A stretch of DNA of 64,000 bases from an uncultured Chloroflexia bacterium (lineage in GTDB: Bacteria > Chloroflexota > Limnocylindria > Limnocylindrales > CSP1-4), in contig CAVVYR010000019.1 in the NCBI GenBank assembly GCA_963752475.1, forward strand, positions 64,001 through 128,000. The letters run 5' to 3'. The notes beneath the pieces are model-generated. The model worked only from the letters and a program-made list of their open reading frames with translations, was not told where the DNA came from and did no database searches. Shown here piece after piece: positions 49,278-58,961 of the stretch. How positions within the stretch are numbered: the first letter of the stretch is position 1; each line of letters opens with the position of its first letter. The translations under genes and the position numbers were made by a program.

Positions 49278-49837
49278 CGCGCGCCCTCCCCAGCCTGCGT
49301 GGGAGTGGCCACGGACTCGTCGCGGACGGTGCGACGGAGTGCCACGAGGCCATGGTGGAGCCGGGACTTGGCAGTTCCGACGGGAATGTCGAGGATCTCC
49401 GCCGCCTTGGTCAGCGGGAGGTCGAGGTAGTAGTGGACGACCATCACGGCTCGTTGGTCGAGCGGGAGCTGGCCGATGGCGTCGAAGAGTTGTTGGCGGT
49501 CACCGACCCACTCGGAGGGATCGGGCTCGCCTGGCGTCAGTGCGTCGGGCACCTCGCGGACCTCGACGGTGACGCGGCGCTTCTCCTTCTTCGCGCTGCG
49601 ATAGCAGGCGCGAACGGTGATGCGGTGGAGCCAGGCCTCGAAGGCTTCGGGGTCGCGCAGGGCCTCGATGTGCTGCCAGGCGTGGAGGAGGGATTCCTGG
49701 ACGGCATCCTCGGCTCGGTGAGGATCGCGCAGGATGAGGGTGGCGACGGCATACAGCCGGGTAAGAGAGCCTCGCGCCAAGTCGGAGAACGCCTCGAGGT
49801 CACCCGACCTCGCTCGCTCCACGAGCTCTCGCTGCAT
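49274..49837 (-). CDS. ECF sigma factor 3
   Basis: AEDAVQE, FEAWLHRI and IPVGTAKSRLH motifs. Confidence 0.94.
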   Translation of the reverse strand: MQRELVERARSGDLEAFSDLARGSLTRLYAVATLILRDPHRAEDAVQESLLHAWQHIEALRDPEAFEAWLHRITVRACYRSAKKEKRRVTVEVREVPDALTPGEPDPSEWVGDRQQLFDAIGQLPLDQRAVMVVHYYLDLPLTKAAEILDIPVGTAKSRLHHGLVALRRTVRDESVATPTQAGEGAR

Positions 49838-50054
49838 GACGCCACCTGTGTCGCGCGGCCCATCTGACCGCTCTCACCAACTATGAGTCACGAAGTACAC
49901 GAAAGGGTTCTGCGCATCTCGGATGAAGACCCCGGAGCCCGCGGTAGCCGGCCCCGGGGGTGGAGGAAGAGATGCTACGGGGCGGCGCCGAGGCTCTCCC
50001 GGCGCATTCAACCAGTAGGGAACTGCTCGATCACGTTCTTATCCCGAGACACCA

Positions 50055-50086
50055 AGAAACCCGGGCCGGCGGTGGGCCGACCCGGG
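50055..50086 (-). terminator. Intrinsic terminator
   Basis: CCCGGG.CGGC...GCCG.CCCGGG hairpin with UUUCUU on the minus strand. Confidence 0.6.
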
Positions 50087-50107
50087 TGTGAAGCTGTATG
50101 ACGAGCG

Positions 50108-50335
50108 CTACTCGGTGGCGGCGCCCGCGCACATGTCATTGCTTGGGTCGAGGGTAAGGCCGGATCCCTCGGGCACCGCAAGGTCCTGTTCGTTGTCGCA
50201 GAAGCGATCGTCCTCGATGATCGCGCCTGGCTCCGCGCCGTTGACGCAGATCCCGACGTTCAGCCCTTCCAGCTGGTTCCCGGTGATCGTCGGCGCAGAG
50301 TCCTCGGGCACGATGATGCTGGTGACGCCACTCGC
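50108..50335 (-). pseudogene. Orphan C-terminal remnant of a beta-helix ECF-partner paralog
   Basis: SAPTITGN...FCDNEQDLAVPEGSGLTLDPSNDMC resembles SPVLTGNVSCENGENLWVAEDATPEIDDSNEIC at the end of 47844-49277. Confidence 0.65.
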
Positions 50336-50376
50336 TGGAACTGGACATGACCATCTACTTAGGCTAGTTTCTAGTC

Positions 50377-50631
50377 ATGATTCGGCTCAACATCCACGAG
50401 GCCAAGACGCACCTGTCGCGCTACCTGCCCCTGCTCGAGCAAGGCGAGACGATCATCCTGTGCAAGCGCAACGTGCCGATCGCTGAGATCAAGCCCATCG
50501 AGAAGCGACGGACAGAGCCTCGGAAGCTCGGCCTCGCGAAAGGCGAGTTCGAAGTGACCGACGCGTTCTTCGAGCCTCTCCCAGATGAGTTGCTGGCTGC
50601 ATTCGAGGGCCGGGAGCCCGGTGAGGAGTGA
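50377..50631 (+). CDS. Phd/YefM-family antitoxin
   Basis: NIHEAKTHLSR...GETIIL...P.AE; coupled to the PIN toxin gene. Confidence 0.92.
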   Translation: MIRLNIHEAKTHLSRYLPLLEQGETIILCKRNVPIAEIKPIEKRRTEPRKLGLAKGEFEVTDAFFEPLPDELLAAFEGREPGEE

Positions 50632-51014
50632 AGTTCCTCCTTGACACTGCGACCTTCCTCTTCGCGGCCACATCCGACCGCCGCCTGAGCCCAACGGTAC
50701 GGGACCTCATCGAGAGCCCTTATGACCCGGTCTATCTGAGCGCGATCTCGGCCTGGGAGATCGCCGTCAAGAACGGGCGCGGGAAGCTGCCGCTACCTGA
50801 GCCCCCAGATCGATATGTACCGCGTCTTCGTGAGGAGATGGGCGTCGAGGAGTTGCCGCTGCGGGAGGAGACCATCCTGCGTGTCGGCAGACTGCCGAGC
50901 ATCCACGCCGATCCCTTCGATCGTGCACTCGTCTCGCAGGCCATCGCCATGGGCATGACCATCCTCACGCCCGATGAGGCAGTCCGCCAGTACCCGGTGC
51001 CGACCATCTGGTAG
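50628..51014 (+). CDS. vapC: PIN-domain toxin
   Basis: LLDT, SAISAWEIAVK, HADPFDR and LTPD motifs. Confidence 0.93.
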   Translation: MKFLLDTATFLFAATSDRRLSPTVRDLIESPYDPVYLSAISAWEIAVKNGRGKLPLPEPPDRYVPRLREEMGVEELPLREETILRVGRLPSIHADPFDRALVSQAIAMGMTILTPDEAVRQYPVPTIW

Positions 51015-51081
51015 GCCGCTGCTGGTAGCGTCTATCTGTCCTGGATCGAGCCGATCCATCTGACCGACGCCGAATTGGGGG

Positions 51082-52261
51082 ATGGGCATGGCCTACACCT
51101 ACGCAGTCCTGGGAGGCGGACGACAGGGCACCGCTGCGGCCTACGACATGGCCAAGTGGGGCGACGCCGAGCGTGTGCTCATCGCCGACAGAAGCGCTGA
51201 CGTCGCCGAGGCCTCCGCGGTGCGGGTCGATGACCTCATCGGGCGCCCGATCGCCGAGCCCGTGCAGCTCGACGTCACCGACCATGCCGCGCTCGTCGAG
51301 TTCCTGACGCCGGTCGAATTCCTTCCTCAGCGCCGTGCCCTACTGGAACAATCCCGCCATCACCGAGGCTGCCATCGAGGCCAGGGCCTGCATGACCGAC
51401 CTGGGCGGCAAGACCGACCTGGTCCTCGAGCAGATGAAGCGCACCGACGAAGCCAAGGCTGCCGGCATCGCCATCATCCCTGACTGCGGCCAGGTCCCCG
51501 GCATGGGCACCAGCCTCAGCGTCTATGCCATGAGCCTGCTCGACGAGACCGACGAGATCCTGATGTGGGACGGCGGCAACCCGCTGCACCCCGAGCCGCC
51601 GTTCAACTACATCCTCACCTTCAACATCGCCGGCCTGACGAACGAGTACTACGGCGTGGCCAATTTCATCCGTGGCAGCGAGCGCGTCAAGGTCCCGACG
51701 TTCCTGCCCGAGGACTACGAGACCGTCGACTTCGGTGGCGACATCGGTGAGATGGAAGCTTTCGTCGCGGGCGGCGGCACGTCGACCATGCCCTGGACGT
51801 TCGAGGGGGTGCTCAAGACGCTCTGGAACAAGACGCTACGTTGGCCCGGGCACTTCGACGAGTGGCGCGCCTACACCATCGCGGGCCTGCTCGATGAGGA
51901 GCCCATCGACGTCAACGGCCAGCAGGTCGTGCCGCGTGACGTCCTCCATGCGCTGCTCGATCCCAAGATCAGGGCGGAGGTCGGCGAGCCCGATCTCGTC
52001 ATCGTGCGGGTGCTGGCCAAGGGACGCAAGGGTGGGGTCGATGCTGAGGTCCGCGTCGAACTCATCGACCGCTTCGACGAGACCACCGGCTTCACGGCCA
52101 TGGAGCGGACGACCGGCTGGGACGGCGCGCTCAAGGCCCAGATGAACGCTCACGGCCGGACCCCTCGTGGCGTCAATCCGGCCGAGCTCGCTGTCTCCGG
52201 CCCCGACTACGCCGTCGAGCTGCGCAAGCGCGGCTTCAGCCTGACCGTGGAGTATCTCTAG
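51082..52261 (+). CDS. Saccharopine/lysine 6-dehydrogenase family protein, frameshift near 51317
   Basis: VLGGGRQG Rossmann motif; DLGG, PDCGQVPG, KTLRWPGH and TAMERTTG in the second frame. Confidence 0.82.
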
Positions 52262-52382
52262 CTACTCGACAGAAGGCCCTGGCGGTGCCGGCATCGGCGC
52301 GAGCGGGGCTCGAAGACCTAGCTCGCGAGCTCACCCAGGACGGTCGGGAGCGGGAGCCGCCGGAAGCCGCTTCGTCTGACCT

Positions 52383-52505
52383 GCGATCCTCGGCGGCAAC
52401 AGCACGCTGGCATACGGCACCGCGCTGGGTCTCGCGGTCGCGGTCATCGTCGGCTGCATCATCATCGCCACGGTCGTCTTCGGGCGACGCGACGTGACCT
52501 CCTAG
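52383..52505 (+). pseudogene. Orphan 3' remnant of an ABC-2-type permease
   Basis: Hand translation AILGGNSTLAYGTALGLAVAVIVGCIIIATVVFGRRDVTS*; terminal F.RRD motif. Confidence 0.55.
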
Positions 52506-52584
52506 GCCGCTTCCTGCAGCCCCGACGGTCCACCCTCGGCCGTCGGGGCATCGTCATGTCCACGGTTCTCTAGACTGAGACGGC

Positions 52585-53556
52585 ATGAAGGCCATCGTTC
52601 GAGAGTGCTACGGCGGACCCGAGGTACTCGAGCTGCGTGAGGTGCCGACCCCTGGACCGGGGCCCGGCGAGGTACTCGTCCGTGTGCGCGCCTCGTCGGT
52701 CAACATGGCCGACGTCGACTACATCACGGGCAAGCCGTGGGCGACGCGGTTCGGGACCGGACTGCGCGCGCCCAAGGCGCCCATCCCCGGCATCGACATG
52801 GCCGGCGAGGTCGTGGAGGTCGGCACCGGCACCACACGCTTCTCGCCTGGCGACCGGGTCATGGCCGATCTCTTCGAAGAGGGATCGGGCGCCTGGGCCG
52901 AGTACGTCGCGGTCTCCGAGGCGGCACTCACGCCGATCGCTGATGGTGTTCCGTTGGAGATCGCGGGCGTGACCCCCTCGGCCGGGGTCTTCGGCCTCCA
53001 GGGCATCCGCGACAAGCGTCCGGTCCAGCCCGGTGATCATGTGCTGGTGAACGGCGCGTCAGGCAACATCGGACCGTTCGCGGTACAGATCGCCAAGTCG
53101 TTCGGCGCGGAGGTCACTGGTGTCTGCCGCACCGAGAAGATGCACGTCGTTCGTGAGCTTGGCGCCGACCACGTCATCGATCACACCGCGGAGGACTACC
53201 GCGCCAGCGGCGAGCGCTACGACCTCATCCTCGATATCGCGGGACGAGGCGGAGTCATCGGCCTGCGCGGCTCGATCGAACGCGGTGGCGGCTACGTCGT
53301 CATCGGCGCCAACGGGCGTGGCTACGTCGAGAGCATCCTGCTCGCGCCCTTCATCGGCCTTGCGACCGGCCGCAAGATGGGCCTGCTCATGTGGCGCGTC
53401 AACGACACGAAGGACATGGCCGACCTCGCGGCCATGCTGGCCGACGGGCGCGTCTATCCCCACATCGACTCGAGCTACCCGCTCGAGGGCGTGCCGGAGG
53501 CTCTGGCGCGCGTGCAGGCGGGCGACTTCATCGGCAAGATCGCGATCTCGATCTAG
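52585..53556 (+). CDS. NAD(P)-dependent MDR (quinone reductase-like) oxidoreductase
   Basis: YGGPEVL, PGIDMAG, NGASGNIG and LGADHVID motifs. Confidence 0.92.
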   Translation: MKAIVRECYGGPEVLELREVPTPGPGPGEVLVRVRASSVNMADVDYITGKPWATRFGTGLRAPKAPIPGIDMAGEVVEVGTGTTRFSPGDRVMADLFEEGSGAWAEYVAVSEAALTPIADGVPLEIAGVTPSAGVFGLQGIRDKRPVQPGDHVLVNGASGNIGPFAVQIAKSFGAEVTGVCRTEKMHVVRELGADHVIDHTAEDYRASGERYDLILDIAGRGGVIGLRGSIERGGGYVVIGANGRGYVESILLAPFIGLATGRKMGLLMWRVNDTKDMADLAAMLADGRVYPHIDSSYPLEGVPEALARVQAGDFIGKIAISI

Positions 53557-53597
53557 GACCACCCCAGCTCCTTGCAGGCCGGCGCCGCACGCACAGC

Positions 53598-53647
53598 GCT
53601 ACGAGGTCGGCAGCCCGGCGATGCTACGAGGTCGGTAGCCCGGCGAT
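53598..53647. repeat. 25-bp tandem duplication covering the kinase stop codon
   Basis: GCTACGAGGTCGG(C/T)AGCCCGGCGAT twice. Confidence 0.85.
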
Positions 53648-54971
53648 CGGAAGCGCGGCACGGACCATCGTCGGGCCACCGGGCGGGCTGACGACCTGGA
53701 TCGTGCCGTCGATGGTGGCCACGCGGTCACGCAGGCCGGACAGCCCCCCACCATCCCTGAGCGAGGCGCCGCCCTGCCCGTTGTCCCAGACTTCCACGAA
53801 GAGGCGAGTGGTGTCGCGCCAGAAGATGACGTCTGCGCGGGTCGCGTGGCTGTGCTTGGCCACATTGGCCAGTGCCTCCGTGGCCACGAAGTAGCCAGCA
53901 CGCTCGACGGCCGGGCTGAAGCGGGCGTCACCGACGCGTGCAGCATCGATATTGGTGGGCAGCTGGCTCTTCTGGACGATCGATGCGACCGCCGCCACCA
54001 CCCCACGATCGATGAGGATCGACGGGGCCGTGCCACGCACCAGGTCGCGCAACTCGGAAAGGGCCAGCCGCGATTGCTCGCGGGCATCGGCTACGAGCTT
54101 CTTCGCCGTCTCGGGATCGGTGTCGATCTTCTCCTCCGCCCGACCCAGGTCCATAGCCAGCATCACCAGCCGTTGCTGGGCGCCGTCATGGAGGTCGCGT
54201 TCGATGCGCCGCAGCTCCGAGGCCTCCAGCTCCACGGCAGCCGAACGAGACTCGCGTAGCCGCTCGACGTCCTGGCGAAGGGTCTCGGTGGGGTCGACGC
54301 ACAGCAGGAGCTGCGCGACGGCGCGCTGCACGGTCATCAGGCCCCGCGTGACGAAGGCCGCTACCGGGATGAGCGCCAGGCACATCACGCCGGTCACGAT
54401 CGGCGCGACCACCGGGACCGGCTCACCCTCGAAGCCGCCCGCGCCCAGTGCCGATCACGAGTACGACGGTGGCCATGAAGAGGCCGAACACGATGGCCCA
54501 GACCGCGAACATGAGCGCGAACTCGAGGACCGCGAGGGGGAAGCCGATGAGGACGTAGACGACGTCGCGCCAGCGGCTGAAGTCGAGGAACTGACCCTCG
54601 GCGTACTGCCGTAGCCAATCGCCGTAGGGAGCCGATGGCTGGAACTCGATCGAGCGGTACCGATGTGCGATCACCGGCCGACCGTCGACGAACTCCAGGC
54701 GCCAGCGCTCCGCCCGAGCGACGTAGCGTGCGAGCTCGATGCCGGCGCCGATGATGGGGATGCCCACCAGGATGACGATGAGGCTGCCGCCGATGGACCA
54801 GATGATGAAGAGGCCGTTGAAGCCGACTCCGAGGACGGCCAGGCCGATGAGGATGGCGAGCGCAGCACGCCAGGTGGCAAGGTCGAACGGGGAGAGCAGG
54901 AACGAGCGCAGAGAGAGCGTGGGGGCCGGGTTCGGAGCGGCCTCCGGCGCGCCCCCGCTGACGTTCATCAT
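53624..54971 (-). CDS. NarX/DesK-type (HisKA_3) membrane sensor kinase, frameshift near 54450
   Basis: RIERDLHDGAQQRL, EALANVAKHS, DNGQGG and GLSGLRDRV; hydrophobic N-terminal sensor in another frame. Confidence 0.85.
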
Positions 54972-55007
54972 CTCGACGGTACCACCTGCTGCTTCGCGGA
55001 CTTCTGA

Positions 55008-55769
55008 CTAGGCCGCTGTCGGGATCGCGGTCTGCGGCACGGTCGCGGACGGCATGACCGGCACCACCCCGCGGTCGGCTACGAGCCCGTCGCGCATGTG
55101 CACGACACGGTCGCAGGCGTTGCCCACCTCGGGATCGTGGGTCACGAGCACGATGGTCTGATCGTGCTCGCGGTTGAACCAGCGCATGAGGTCGAGGATC
55201 TCCTTGGCGCGTGCCGAGTCGAGGTTGCCCGTGGGCTCGTCGGCCAGGATGAGCGAGGGCTGGTTGACCAGCGCCCGCGCGGTGGCGATGCGCTGCTGCT
55301 CGCCACCGGAGAGCTCGGCCGGTCGGTGGTCGCCACGGTCGGCCAGGCCGACCAGACGCAGCACGTGCTCGGCGGCGGCTTGCGCCGTGGTGCCCTTGAT
55401 GCCCGCGTAGTCACAGGCCAGCATCACGTTCTCGAGTGCCGTCAGCGTGGGCACGAGGTTGAAGGACTGGAACACGAAGCCCATGCGCGAGGCGCGGATC
55501 TTCGTGCGCTCCGACTCGCTCAGGCGGGTCACGTCCTGGCCTTCGAAGTACAGCTCGGGCTTGGGGCCATCGTCCTTCTCGGGTGCGTGGAGCAGTCCCA
55601 GGATGTGCATGAGCGTGGACTTGCCGGAGCCGGACGGGCCCATGATGGCGACCATCTCGCCCTGGGCGATGCTGACGTCCACCCCGCGCAGGGCGGGGAC
55701 GGCGGCTCGCTTGCCGAGCTGGTAGGTCTTGCGCAGGTCACGTCCTTCGACGATGGCGTTGGTGATCAT
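55008..55769 (-). CDS. LolD/MacB-type ABC ATPase
   Basis: [17 protein letters not shown] and ADEPTGNLD motifs; AAAGGA RBS before ATG 55769. Confidence 0.94.
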   Translation of the reverse strand: MITNAIVEGRDLRKTYQLGKRAAVPALRGVDVSIAQGEMVAIMGPSGSGKSTLMHILGLLHAPEKDDGPKPELYFEGQDVTRLSESERTKIRASRMGFVFQSFNLVPTLTALENVMLACDYAGIKGTTAQAAAEHVLRLVGLADRGDHRPAELSGGEQQRIATARALVNQPSLILADEPTGNLDSARAKEILDLMRWFNREHDQTIVLVTHDPEVGNACDRVVHMRDGLVADRGVVPVMPSATVPQTAIPTAA

Positions 55770-55828
55770 GTCGAGGTCCTTTCGGGTGTCGAACTGGGTG
55801 CGTGGGTCGTAGAGCAGGCGGGGGTCGG

Positions 55829-56995
55829 TCATTCGTAGCGGAGGGCGGTGACGGGGTCGAGGCGCGCCGCGTGCAGGGCGGGGACGAGGCCGGCGAGGGC
55901 GCCGAGGACCGTCGAGAAGCCGATGGCGGTGACGGCGGTCATGGGCGTCAACAGGAAGAGCAGCAGCCCGGAGTCACGGCCCAGCTCGTTGCCCAGCCAG
56001 GCCACACCGGCGCCGAGGGTCAGGCCGATGACGCCGCCGAGGAAGCCGATGAGCGCGGACTCGGTGACGAATTCCCGGACGATGCGCGTGCGGCTGCCGC
56101 CGATGGCGCGCTTGATGCCGATCTCACGGGTGCGCTCGGCCACGGACATGGCCATGGTGTTGATGACCGAGAGGCCGCCGACGACGAGGCTGATGAGCGC
56201 GATGCCCACGAGGATGGCGTTGAAGATGGCCGTAGCCGACCCGATCTGTTCGTCGAAATCGGCCCCGGTCATGACCTCCAGGGAGGCGTCAGCGGTGCGG
56301 ATGGTCTCAGCCAGGGACTCGAGGTCCACGTCCGCCTGGGGATAGACGGTGAGGCCCGCGACCAACTCGCTAGCCTCGACGTTGCCGACGAGCATCGGCG
56401 GCATGGTCTCGATGAACAGCTCCTGCGCCGCTGCGAGCGGCACCATGGCGGAGGTGTCGGGCATCGTGAGGGTGGGCTCGAGGACCCCGACCACCTCGAA
56501 TGGCGTTCCGCGAAGATCGATGCTGTCGCCAACGGTGAGGTCCAGGCGTCGGGAGAGGTCGGAACCGACCACGGTCACCTGGGAGCCTTCGTCGTCGATC
56601 GTGAGGTCGCGCCCGTTGGCGAGGTTGAGCTCGAAGGCCTCGAAGCCGTCGGCAGCACCGGCGGGCTGGCCCACGACGTAGTCCATGTTCATGGACAGGC
56701 CGGCCTCTTCATCGGCCAAGGGCATCGTGATGTCAGGCACCACCGCGGCCACGCCGGGAAGCTCCGCGACCATGTCGGCCGTCTCGACGCTCATCGGCTG
56801 GCCGAAGCCAAGGCCGGTGCCGCCGGCGGCCACGGTGATCTTGTCGGCGTAGTAGTCGCTGCCGCCATCGACGAGCGCGTTGATCTTGTTGGCCATCGAC
56901 CCGAAGACCACCAGGGCCCAGATGCCGATGGTGATGCCGAGGATGGTCAGTGTGGTGCGGAGCTTCCGGCGCCCCAGGTCGCGTAGCAGCGTCAT
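55829..56995 (-). CDS. MacB/FtsX-type ABC permease
   Basis: RTTLTILGITIG, ERTREIGIKRAIG and PALHAARLDPVTALRYE motifs. Confidence 0.93.
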   Translation of the reverse strand: MTLLRDLGRRKLRTTLTILGITIGIWALVVFGSMANKINALVDGGSDYYADKITVAAGGTGLGFGQPMSVETADMVAELPGVAAVVPDITMPLADEEAGLSMNMDYVVGQPAGAADGFEAFELNLANGRDLTIDDEGSQVTVVGSDLSRRLDLTVGDSIDLRGTPFEVVGVLEPTLTMPDTSAMVPLAAAQELFIETMPPMLVGNVEASELVAGLTVYPQADVDLESLAETIRTADASLEVMTGADFDEQIGSATAIFNAILVGIALISLVVGGLSVINTMAMSVAERTREIGIKRAIGGSRTRIVREFVTESALIGFLGGVIGLTLGAGVAWLGNELGRDSGLLLFLLTPMTAVTAIGFSTVLGALAGLVPALHAARLDPVTALRYE

Positions 56996-57144
56996 CGTTT
57001 CCCTCTTGTCCGTGCTGTGGTGTGGGTGCCCCGGCGGGGGAGTGCCGAGGCGGGTGTTCGGGCAAGTACGACGCTACGGTCGAAGGCGTCGCGAACCAAT
57101 CCGGACAGCGGGCGTCTTTGACCGCGGCGGGCTGGCGTTCTCGA

Positions 57145-57162
57145 GGTGGGGCTAGCCCCACC
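57145..57162. promoter_or_regulatory. Perfect 18-bp palindrome, candidate response-regulator operator
   Basis: GGTGGGGCTAGCCCCACC between the divergent ABC operon and response regulator. Confidence 0.6.
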
Positions 57163-57429
57163 ATCGGCGGGACGAGCGTCGGCTTGGCCTTCCTGACGCG
57201 GCGTGTCTGGTGCCGGAGCCGCCCATCCCGCCGAGGCTGAACTCGACCAGTCAGGCACTTGCGCTGCGGGATCCCAGCCTCCACGAGACTGGGAGTGACG
57301 CTCTCAGCCTCGGTGACGATGAGAACCGGCACTTCGGCTGTGAGATGGTCGAGTTCAACCTCCGTGGGATGGTCAGGCCGTGTGCCGAGCGAGCCCGCGT
57401 GCCGGCGACGCGTGGGGCATCATCGGGGC

Positions 57430-58095
57430 ATGGAACAGCCGCAGCTCCGGGTCGCCATCGCCGAGGATTCGGTGCTCCTGCGTGAAGGGCTCGTCCGTCT
57501 CATCGAGGATGGTGTGGGCACGGTCGTGGCCGCCGTCGGCGACGGACCATCGTTCGTGGCTGCCGTGGTCGAGCACCGGCCTGACGTCTCGGTCGTCGAC
57601 GTGCGCATGCCGCCCACGCAGCGTGACGAAGGGTTGCGTGCGGCCATCGAGGCGCGTCGTCTGGTGCCGCGCTCGCCGATGCTGGTGCTGAGCCAGTACG
57701 TCGAGGCACAGTACGCCTCGGAGCTGCTGGCCGATGGTGCCGGTGGCGTGGGCTACCTGCTCAAGGACCGGGTGGCCGACGTGCGCGAGTTCGACGATGC
57801 GTTACGGCGTGTAGCCGGTGGTGGCACCGCGCTCGACCCTGAGGTGGTCGCGCAGCTGATGGTCCAACGACGGCGCGACGACCGGCTCTCCGAGCTGACG
57901 CCGCGGGAGCGCGAGGTGCTCGCGGCCATGGCGGAAGGGCGCACGAACGCCGGCATCGCCAAGCTGCTCTCGATCACGGAGGGCGCCGCGGAGAAGCACA
58001 TCAGCAACATCTTCGGGAAGCTCGATCTGCCCGGCACCGTCGAGGGGCACCGGCGAGTGCTGGCGGTGTTGGCCTACCTCGACAGCGGCGGATAG
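57430..58095 (+). CDS. NarL/LuxR-family response regulator
   Basis: AEDSVLLREGL, DVRMPP and LTPREREVL...GRTN motifs. Confidence 0.95.
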   Translation: MEQPQLRVAIAEDSVLLREGLVRLIEDGVGTVVAAVGDGPSFVAAVVEHRPDVSVVDVRMPPTQRDEGLRAAIEARRLVPRSPMLVLSQYVEAQYASELLADGAGGVGYLLKDRVADVREFDDALRRVAGGGTALDPEVVAQLMVQRRRDDRLSELTPREREVLAAMAEGRTNAGIAKLLSITEGAAEKHISNIFGKLDLPGTVEGHRRVLAVLAYLDSGG

Positions 58096-58172
58096 GACGC
58101 GCCGAAGCGGCCCCGGCCCGCTCGACCGGGGCCTTGTCCGGCCCGGCCGGCGTGAAGCTTAACGCTTGCCGA

Positions 58173-58961
58173 TCACTCGACCGGCGCCTCGCTCTCGTCC
58201 TCGACCGCGCTCGGTTCGACGGGCGGCGGGTAGTCCGGCGGTGCGCCCGGGAGGATCACACCCTCATATGTCTCGTCCTCTCCGCGCCAAAGCATGAGGG
58301 CCGTCAGACCGTCGTAGGCTCCCTCGCCGTCGAGGCGGTACCACTCACGCGGGTACGTCTCATTGGCGAAGCCGTCGAACTCACCGACCCAGGCACCCTC
58401 GTCGTTCTCGATGCGGAGGGCAGCTGACCAGACCATGGCCCAGGTGTCGGCAGCCAGGTCGACGGGGAAGCTCCGCATGTTGAGGGTCTGGGTGAACCGG
58501 CCAGAGATGCGTGGGTCGGTCGCTTCGAACATGGCGATGCCGCTGTTGTCGAGCAATTCGGCGTACTCGTCGAAGGACCACTCGAAATCCTCGACGCTGG
58601 TGAAGTCGATCTCTTCTGTCCAGGCCCCTGTGAAGCGACTGGCGTCTGGCGTGGTGCCGACGCCCTCCTCTTCGGCGGCGAACAGCTGCGCGCCCGCGAA
58701 ACCTGCGCCGGCGACACTCAGGGTGATGAGCAGCGTAGCCAGCAGGACGGCGGCGACGCGAGCCGTCGGCGAGCCGACGGCGAGGGTGGATGAGATACGC
58801 ATCGGTGGCTCCTTGATGATGGCCAGCCAGCGCGGACGCTGATGGGTCTGCGCGGCCTGGAAGGTGATGCTCTCGAGAGCGGACTCCGACGCCTGCGCGG
58901 CGTCCCGCGCCCGATCGAACTGGTCGGCCACGAAGCGCTCGAAGGCGTTGCTGTCGTTCAT
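58173..58961 (-). CDS. Putative anti-sigma/partner protein 4 (beta-barrel-like domain)
   Basis: ATGA overlap with the ECF stop; THQRPRW; one TM; TDPRISG, ENDEGAW and GEGAYDGL motifs. Confidence 0.72.
   Translation of the reverse strand: MNDSNAFERFVADQFDRARDAAQASESALESITFQAAQTHQRPRWLAIIKEPPMRISSTLAVGSPTARVAAVLLATLLITLSVAGAGFAGAQLFAAEEEGVGTTPDASRFTGAWTEEIDFTSVEDFEWSFDEYAELLDNSGIAMFEATDPRISGRFTQTLNMRSFPVDLAADTWAMVWSAALRIENDEGAWVGEFDGFANETYPREWYRLDGEGAYDGLTALMLWRGEDETYEGVILPGAPPDYPPPVEPSAVEDESEAPVE

Noticed and set aside
55769-55832. Second nested start in the ABC ATPase gene
   Set aside because: The upstream 21 codons have no family similarity, so 55769 is probably the true start; it remains a caveat for the nested-start finding.
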